Source: an uncultured Planctomycetota bacterium
GTDB taxonomy: Bacteria > Planctomycetota > Planctomycetia > Isosphaerales > Isosphaeraceae
Assembly (NCBI GenBank): GCA_963845755.1
Contig: CAWJTV010000047.1
Location: 160,001 to 224,000, forward strand
Direction: 5' to 3'
Length of the DNA stretch: 64,000 bases
The position numbers and the translations under genes were made by a program. Of the stretch, positions 57,535 through 64,000 are shown piece by piece. A model generated the notes under the pieces. That model was given only the letters and a program-made list of their open reading frames with translations. It made no database searches and was not told the origin of the DNA. Every line of letters starts with the position of its first letter. Position 1 is the stretch's first letter.

Positions 57535-59292
57535 ATGGCCGGGGGTACATCCGTTGCGCTGTTGCGCGACATCCAGACACTGTTTGACACCGGGACGGCC
57601 GCCGGGCTGTCCGACCGGCAACTGCTCGAGCGGTTCGTCGGCTGTCGCGACGCGACGGCCGAATCGGCGTTCGAGGTCCTGGTCCTGCGCCATGGGCCGA
57701 TGGTCCTGCGCGTCTGCCGCAACGTGCTGCATGATCCGAATGACGTCCAGGACGCCTTTCAGGCCACGTTCCTGGTCCTGGTTCGGCGCAGAGGGGCCGT
57801 GAGCAAACTCGAGTCGCTCGGCGGTTGGCTTTATGGCGTCGCCAACCGGGTGGCGCTGCGGGCACGAGTCGATGCGGCGCGGCGTCGGGCCATTGAGGGA
57901 CGCGCGGCCTTGAGGGTCGTGGAGGCGTTCGAGCCGGACGTTTCCGCCGCGATTGATCCCCAGGAATTCGGTCCGATCATCCAGGAAGAAGTCCGGCGGC
58001 TGCCGCAGAGGTATCGCATTGTGGTGGTGCTGTGCTACTGGGAAGGACTCACGCAGGAACAGGCCGCCAGTCAACTCGGCGTCCCGCTGGGCACCGTGCG
58101 GAGCCGGCTGGCTCGGGCGCGGGAGTTACTGCGGCGACGGCTGGCCCGCCGGGGTCTGGCGCCACTGGCCGGAATGGCGGCGGCGGGCCTTGAGGGCCTT
58201 TCGGCTTCGCTGCCGCGGCTCACCGCGGTCCCGGTTGATCTGATGAAGACGACGATCCAGGCGGCGGGACACGTCGCTGCCCGACAGGCAACGAATCCCG
58301 TGGTCTCGGCGGTGGTCGCATCCCTGGTCAAACAAGTGCTCTGGAGCATGACGATGATCAAGATCAGCGGAATCGTGGCAGGCGTGGTCCTGATGGGATT
58401 GGCCGGTTATGGAGTCAAGGTCGCCGGACAGCAGGCCAGGCCGGTCCAATCAGGGGTCGTTCAAGGGGCGGAGGATCCGACCTCGCCACAGAACCGCCCG
58501 GGACAGGTGCAACCGGGCGCGGGAAGAAGTCCGCTCCTCGGAACACCGGGCCCTTCGAGGGAATCTATTCCAACATCGAGGGCCAGACGACCATCATGAA
58601 GATGCTCCCGAACGGTTCGGTGGTCAAGAAGGGTGATGTCCTCTGCGAGCTGGATGCCGCGGCCCTGCAAGATCGGTTGATCAACCAGAGGATCACCAGA
58701 GAAAGCGCCAAGGCCAACTTTCAGAACGCCAGGCTGGCCCGTGAGGAGGCCGAGATTGAAGCGTCCTGGTTTCAGGACGAGATCTACCCTCGCGAGAAAC
58801 GGGAGGTCGAAGGGGAAGTCACAGTCGCGGAGTCCGAAGTGGTGGTGGGAGAGGCCGAGCTAAAGGAGGTCAAATCGATCGGCGGCAACAATGAACTGGC
58901 CCTCAAGCGGGCTGATCTGGCGATCGCTCGCTCCAGGCTCGCCTTGGTGAAGGCGAGGAATCGACTCCACATCTTGACCCATTACACCAAGGACCATCGG
59001 ACCAAGGAGCTGGTCATCGAGGTGGAGAAGACCTGGTCGAACGAGCTGGCCAAAGGAGCCACCTGGGAGCTGGAGAAGAACAAGGAGGCGAAGTTGGAAC
59101 GGCAGATCGCCGCCTGCACGATCAAGGCCCCGATCGACGGTACCGTGGTCTATGCCGACTTCGTGAGTCAGGATGCGACGACGAAAAGCCAGCCCCGGCT
59201 CCTTCACATCGAGGTCGGGGCGAGCGTCGCGCGAGCGACAGCTCATCTTGCGGATTGTTCCCCCTCCCACGGCCGCCCCCGATCCGCGGTAA
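57535..59292 (+). CDS. ECF sigma factor fused to a TM helix and a truncated HlyD/MFP domain (frameshifts near 58550 and 59230; end approximate)
   Basis: LSDRQLLERF, DAFQATFLVL, LCYWEGLTQEQAA..LGVPLGTVRSRL; then IYSNIEGQTTI-MKMLPNGSVVKKGDVLCELD, helical hairpin, CTIKAPIDGTVVY. Confidence 0.8.
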
Positions 59293-59305
59293 GATACGTG
59301 GAACG

Positions 59306-59349
59306 AAAATCAGGGATAGCCGGGCCCCGCTCCGGGGACTACTGGTAGA
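59306..59349 (+). promoter_or_regulatory. Candidate ECF promoter, copy 2
   Basis: aaaatcagggatag-N25-gtaga; starts 73 bp before ATG 59379. Confidence 0.5.
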
Positions 59350-59378
59350 AACCCTGATCGAGACCACGGGAGTTCCGC

Positions 59379-61262
59379 ATGGCCGGGGGTACATCCGTCG
59401 AGCTGTTGCGCGACATCCAGATCCTCTTCGACGCGGGGACTGCGAGCGGCTTGTCCGACCGGCAATTGCTGGATCGATTCACGAACCATCGCGACCCATC
59501 GGCGTTCGAGGTCCTGGTCTCGCGACACGGGCCGATGGTCCTGCGCGTCTGCCGGAATCTCCTCGCCGACCCAAACGACGCCCAGGATGCCTTCCAGGCG
59601 ACGTTCTTGATCCTGGTTCGGCGGTCCGGTTCGATCCGGAGGCTGGATTCGGTCGGAAGCTGGCTCTACGGTGTCGCCAGCCGGGTGGCGGCGCGGGTGC
59701 GCGTCGGGGCATCGCGCCGCAGGGTCGCCGAGGAGCGAGCGGCGGCCCGGGTCCTTGAGGCGATCGATCCTTGCCAGGGCGAGCCCGACCTGGTGGAGTT
59801 CGGCCCGATCGTCCAGGAGGAAGTCCGGCGACTGCCTGAGAAATACCGCTCCGCGGTGATTCTCTGCTACTGGGAAGGCCTGACGCAGGAACAGGCCGCC
59901 GTTCAACTCGGAATCCCGCTGGGCACGGTGCGGAGCCGGATTGCCCGAGCGCGTGACTTGTTACGCCGACGGCTGACGAGGCGTGGTTCGGCGCCGGTTG
60001 CCGGTATCGTATCGGCGGGCATGGATACAGCCCCCTATTTGCTGGGACGACTCCCTCAGATCTCATCCGGGCTGGTCCATTCCACGGTCCAGGCCGCATC
60101 TCGCTTCGCCGCCGGCCAGGCGCCGGTCCAGGTCGTTTCCGGATCGGCCGCTTCGTTGGTTCAACGCATTCTGTGGAGCATGGCGATGATCAAGTTTTGC
60201 AAACTCGCGACGGCTCTGTCAGTCCTTGTCCTGACCATCTGGGGCGTGAGCCTCTGGGCCCAGCAACCGGAGGCGCGGCGTCCAAGAACCCGCCCTCAGG
60301 CCCGACCGGAGCACACTCCACCGATCCAGGCCAAGACGGCACCGCCCCTCCAGGATGGGCCGGCCCACACCATCGAGCCCCCCGACCTCGTCCTGGTCGA
60401 GGTCCTTGAGGGTCTCCCCGGCCGGCCAATCTCCGGCGAGCGCCTCGTCCGACCTGACGGTACCATCAGCCTGGGATTCTACGGAGAAGTCCATGTTGCC
60501 GGCCTGACCCTCCTCGAGGCCAAGGAGAAGATCGTCCGACACTTGCGGAAATCCATTTCCGACGAGTTGCTGGGACTGACGGAAATCGATCCCGAGACGG
60601 GAGAGCCTGCGATCGATCCCAAGACCAAGAAACTCAAGAGAATCGATCCCAAGGATACCGACCGGGTCTTCGTCGACGTCACCGCTTACAACAGCAAGAA
60701 CTACTACGTCGAAGGTGAGGTCTGGTATCCGGGGAGATTGCCCTTCACCGGCCGGGAGTCGGTGCTCGATGTCCTCCATTTCGTTGGCGGTCCTGCTCCT
60801 GCGGCCGACCGATCCGGCATCCGTCTGATTCGCAGCTTTCCGGCGGGATCGCCCGTGCAGGTCCTGCCGATCGATTACGAAGAAATCACGATGGGGACCG
60901 ACTCGTTGACCAATTATCAGATCCTGCCCGGTGATCGACTCGTCATTCCCCGCGATCCCAATTACGTCCCACCCGAATCAGCGCCGGTCCGATCTCAACA
61001 AAGAGCTCCGCAAGCGCCGAAATTGCCGCACGACCCGAGCAGGTATTATTTCCCGTCGAGTAGCGGCGACGCAGCCGACAAACATCTCGAAACCCTCCAT
61101 TCCGTGGAGCGTCACGTGACCGAGCTCGAGCGGAAGCTCGATCAGATCATCGAGAGGATGGATCGCGCAGCAGAGAAGGCGCAAACCAAGTCCTCCGAGA
61201 AGCCGAGATCGCGCGGCGGATCTGCACCCGTTCGGCGCGAAGAGAATTCATCCGAGGAATAG
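59379..61262 (+). CDS. ECF sigma factor fused to a polysaccharide export (Wza-like Poly_export + SLBB) module
   Basis: One unbroken 627-aa ORF: sigma2/sigma4, helix ending SLWAQ, HTIEPPDLVLVEV, LVRPDGTISLGFYGEVHVAGLTL, YYVEGEVWYPGRLP, NYQILPGDRLVIP. Confidence 0.9.
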   Translation: MAGGTSVELLRDIQILFDAGTASGLSDRQLLDRFTNHRDPSAFEVLVSRHGPMVLRVCRNLLADPNDAQDAFQATFLILVRRSGSIRRLDSVGSWLYGVASRVAARVRVGASRRRVAEERAAARVLEAIDPCQGEPDLVEFGPIVQEEVRRLPEKYRSAVILCYWEGLTQEQAAVQLGIPLGTVRSRIARARDLLRRRLTRRGSAPVAGIVSAGMDTAPYLLGRLPQISSGLVHSTVQAASRFAAGQAPVQVVSGSAASLVQRILWSMAMIKFCKLATALSVLVLTIWGVSLWAQQPEARRPRTRPQARPEHTPPIQAKTAPPLQDGPAHTIEPPDLVLVEVLEGLPGRPISGERLVRPDGTISLGFYGEVHVAGLTLLEAKEKIVRHLRKSISDELLGLTEIDPETGEPAIDPKTKKLKRIDPKDTDRVFVDVTAYNSKNYYVEGEVWYPGRLPFTGRESVLDVLHFVGGPAPAADRSGIRLIRSFPAGSPVQVLPIDYEEITMGTDSLTNYQILPGDRLVIPRDPNYVPPESAPVRSQQRAPQAPKLPHDPSRYYFPSSSGDAADKHLETLHSVERHVTELERKLDQIIERMDRAAEKAQTKSSEKPRSRGGSAPVRREENSSEE

Positions 61263-61267
61263 AGTGC

Positions 61268-61450
61268 TTGCTCCCAGTTCCGGGAGATAGGATCTGGTTC
61301 CTCGCACCGGCCTGTGCCGGGGAAAGGTGCGGGAGTGAGGTGGAGCTGAAGCTCGACGGGATCCTGGAGGCCCTCAACAAATCAAGCCAAGGGCGGCCAG
61401 ATGGACGCGTCCGCCGCTGGGTGATCGCTCTGGAGATGCGCGTGGGATAA
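61268..61450 (+). pseudogene. Remnant of the C-terminal end of another Poly_export/SLBB paralog
   Basis: LPVPGDRIWFL resembles ILPGDRLVIP; EVELKLDGILEAL resembles ELERKLDQIIERM and EIEAKLDRLLEAT. Confidence 0.45.
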
Positions 61451-61532
61451 ACTGGAGGACTCCGGGCACAATTCGAGTTTGGTACCGGTCGCCTCGGATA
61501 CCCCTCTTCATCGCGTTCTCTGGAGCACGGCC

Positions 61533-63255
61533 ATGTTCAAGCACAACAAGACGACTGCCGTGTTGGTTATGTTCACCCTCACCGTGATGGGAACGAGTCT
61601 GTGGGCACAGCCATCGGGCCGATCTCGCCCCAGGCGGCGAGCGCGGCCTCAGCCGGAGGCGGCCGCGCCAAAGACGCCTAGAACTCCTTCAGAAGATGCG
61701 GCCGTGACGGAATCCACTCCAGACCGTCCGGCCCAGCCCGCCCCGCCGGTCAAGTATTTGGAAGCCGGCGCGAAGCTTTTCAACACCGGTCAGTACGAGC
61801 TGGCCGCCAAATACCTGGACGCCGCCAATCGGTATCGGGACCAGCTTCAGCAGGACGAACGCGTAATGCTCGACGCGTATCTCAAGGAGCTAGCTAAGGT
61901 CCAAGAGACTGCGCAGGAGGCGCTCCCGAGGTTGCCTGCCGAAGCCTCCTCCTCCAGGGCATCCAACCGCTCAGCGAAGGAAACCAAGCGGCCGGAGTAT
62001 GTTGTCGAGCCCCCAGACCTGATCCTTGTTGAGGTTCTCGAAGCCGCGCCTGGCCGTCCGATCTCCGGCGAGCGGCTGGTCCGGCCCGACGGCAGGGTAT
62101 CTCTGGGTTTCTATGGCGAGGTTGAGGTTGCTGGTCTGTCGATCCCCGAGATCAAGGAAAAGATCGTCCTCCACCTGCGGACGTACCTCAGCGATCGGAC
62201 ACTCGGGCTGGTCGAGATCGATCCTTACACCGGCGAGCCGACGGTCGATCCCACTACCAATAAAATCAAGCAGATCGATCCCCGAGACACGGACCGTGTC
62301 TTCGTTGACGTCACGGCTTACAATAGCTCACATGTTTACGTTGAGGGAGATGTGCTCCTTCCCAGGCAGATTCCCTATACCGGCGGAGATACCGTCCTGG
62401 ATTTGATTCATGACGCCGGTGGATTGTTACCCACCTGCGATCAGACCAGGATCCGCCTGATCCGGAGTTTTCCCAAGGGCTCACCCGCCCGAGTCCTCCC
62501 GGTCGATTACCAACAGATCACCATGGGGACAGACTCCTCGACCAATTACGCAGTCTTGCCCAACGATCGTCTCGTCGTTCCTCGCGACCCGTCCGTTACC
62601 ATAGACCCGGCCTCCGCTCGCAGATTGACCTCGTCTGGCGAGAAACTCCGTGCCAAGCTGATTCCCAACCGACTCGAAGGGAGTCTCTTTTACGATCGTG
62701 GGAGGGAGAGGAGTGGATATTTCGATCGCCAGTCAGCACTGATGACCGACGACGACCAGAACACCCTGGAACCCATTATCTCCGAGATCGAGGCGAAGCT
62801 GGACAGGTTGCTCGAAGCGACGGCTGCCATCGAAAAGGAGACCGCCGAGCGAGCGAGCCAAAGGCCCGCCATGACGCCCGAGGAACTCTCTCAGCTCGAG
62901 ATGGACGACGAGGAACTCGAGAGAATCCTGCCCGAACTGAGACAGAGGAGGCAAACGACACCCGAGAATCCCCGGTCGTTGCCAAGGCGCCTTCGCCCCA
63001 GGTTGGTGCGACCGTTCCCTGGTAATCGGCCATCGGCGCCGTGCGCCGCGAAGAGATCCGGAACCCGCCCGACGAGTCTTCGCGGCCCGAGTCGATGCCG
63101 CGACCGCCCGAATCGTCCAGCCCGCAGATTCCGCGGGAGCAACGGTCACCGTTCGATATGCCGCCTCCGGGTGATACACCTGTCGCGCCCAAGGTCCGTT
63201 CGCCATTCGCTGATGATGAGCCAACTTCTCCCCCGGTCAAGCCGGAGCGCGCTAG
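61533..63255 (+). CDS. Secreted Poly_export/SLBB protein, sigma-less paralog of the preceding gene (3' end frameshifted, approximate)
   Basis: MFKHNKTTAVLVMFTLTVMGTSLWAQ; YVVEPPDLILVEV, GRPISGERLVRPDG, DTDRVFVDVTAYNS, ITMGTDSSTNY; Pro-rich tail in ORF 63041. Confidence 0.85.
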
Positions 63256-63440
63256 GACCGGATTGTGGCCCATCCGTTCACACTCTGGGAGAACCCTTCG
63301 GTTCGGCTCGCCACTCTCGTCATCGCCCGGCGCACCCGTTACAGTGGAGCGGTCCGAGGCGATGGCGGCGGATCGTGTCGGGTCATCGTCGGACGACCGA
63401 AACGAACCGATCCATTCCAGCCGTGGGAGGATAGCTTACG

Positions 63441-64000
63441 ATGCGCTGGGTGACCGTGGCGACGGAGGAAGGGCCGAGGGCCTGCGGGGTGTATCAGGGT
63501 GAATATGTGGATGTCAACGCGGCCGATGCCGAGCTGCCGTTGACGGTCCGCGAGCTGCTCGAGCTGGGGCCGGAATGGGAACGCCGGGCACGGGCGGCCC
63601 TGCCGCGGGGCGTCGTCCGCCACGACCCGGCCAACGTCCGAATCCTGGCACCGGTCCCCAACGCTCGCAAGATCATCTGCATCGGGCTGAACTATCGCGA
63701 TCACGCCGCCGAGAGTGGGGTCCCGGCACCCGGCGAGCCGGTGCTCTTCAGCAAGTATCCCAGCGCCTTGACCGGCCACCTCGAACCCATCGTCTTGCCC
63801 AGGGTGAGCGCCGAGGTCAACTACGAGGCGGAGCTGGTGGTGGTCATCGGCCGGGGTGGCCGGCACATCCCTCGCCAGCGCGCCCTGGAGCATGTCGGGG
63901 GTTACAGCGTTGGCCACGACGTCTCCGCCCGCGACTGGCAGCTCAACAAGCCGGGCAAGCAGTGGATGGCCGGCAAGACGTTCGACACATTCGCTCCCGT
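63441..64000 (+). CDS. Fumarylacetoacetate hydrolase family protein, runs off the window end
   Basis: Hand translation from ATG 63441: KIICIGLNYRDHAAE, EPVLFSK, VNYEAELVVVIG, HDVSARDWQ, WMAGKTFDTFAP. Confidence 0.93.
   Translation, partial: MRWVTVATEEGPRACGVYQGEYVDVNAADAELPLTVRELLELGPEWERRARAALPRGVVRHDPANVRILAPVPNARKIICIGLNYRDHAAESGVPAPGEPVLFSKYPSALTGHLEPIVLPRVSAEVNYEAELVVVIGRGGRHIPRQRALEHVGGYSVGHDVSARDWQLNKPGKQWMAGKTFDTFAP

Overview
GC-rich bacterial chromosome segment. The gene content (two DUF1559 prepilin-like genes, three ECF sigma factors with C-terminal membrane extensions, a secreted HEAT/Hint protein, a PEP-CTERM protein, Uma2) points to Planctomycetota, probably Isosphaeraceae-like; this is inference. 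It holds about 45 genes: two RND efflux systems, a two-component pair, glyA, a dgoD/MFS pair, an amidase with a small partner, and an ECF/PEP-CTERM/DUF4331/TPR/DUF1559 locus. At the right end is a tandem array of ECF sigma factors fused through a signal-peptide-like helix to periplasmic parts of export machines: a HlyD-type hairpin in one, a Wza-type Poly_export/SLBB module in the other. A sigma-less paralog follows, and the two sigma genes share a duplicated upstream motif at identical spacing. This array is the best candidate for an undescribed system. About 16 unrelated genes are split by small frameshifts while otherwise intact, most likely sequencing or assembly indels, so merged coordinates are approximate. 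I saw no rRNA, intact tRNA, CRISPR array, integrase or transposase; two REP-type doublets are present. All family assignments come from motif recognition by eye, not from database searches.
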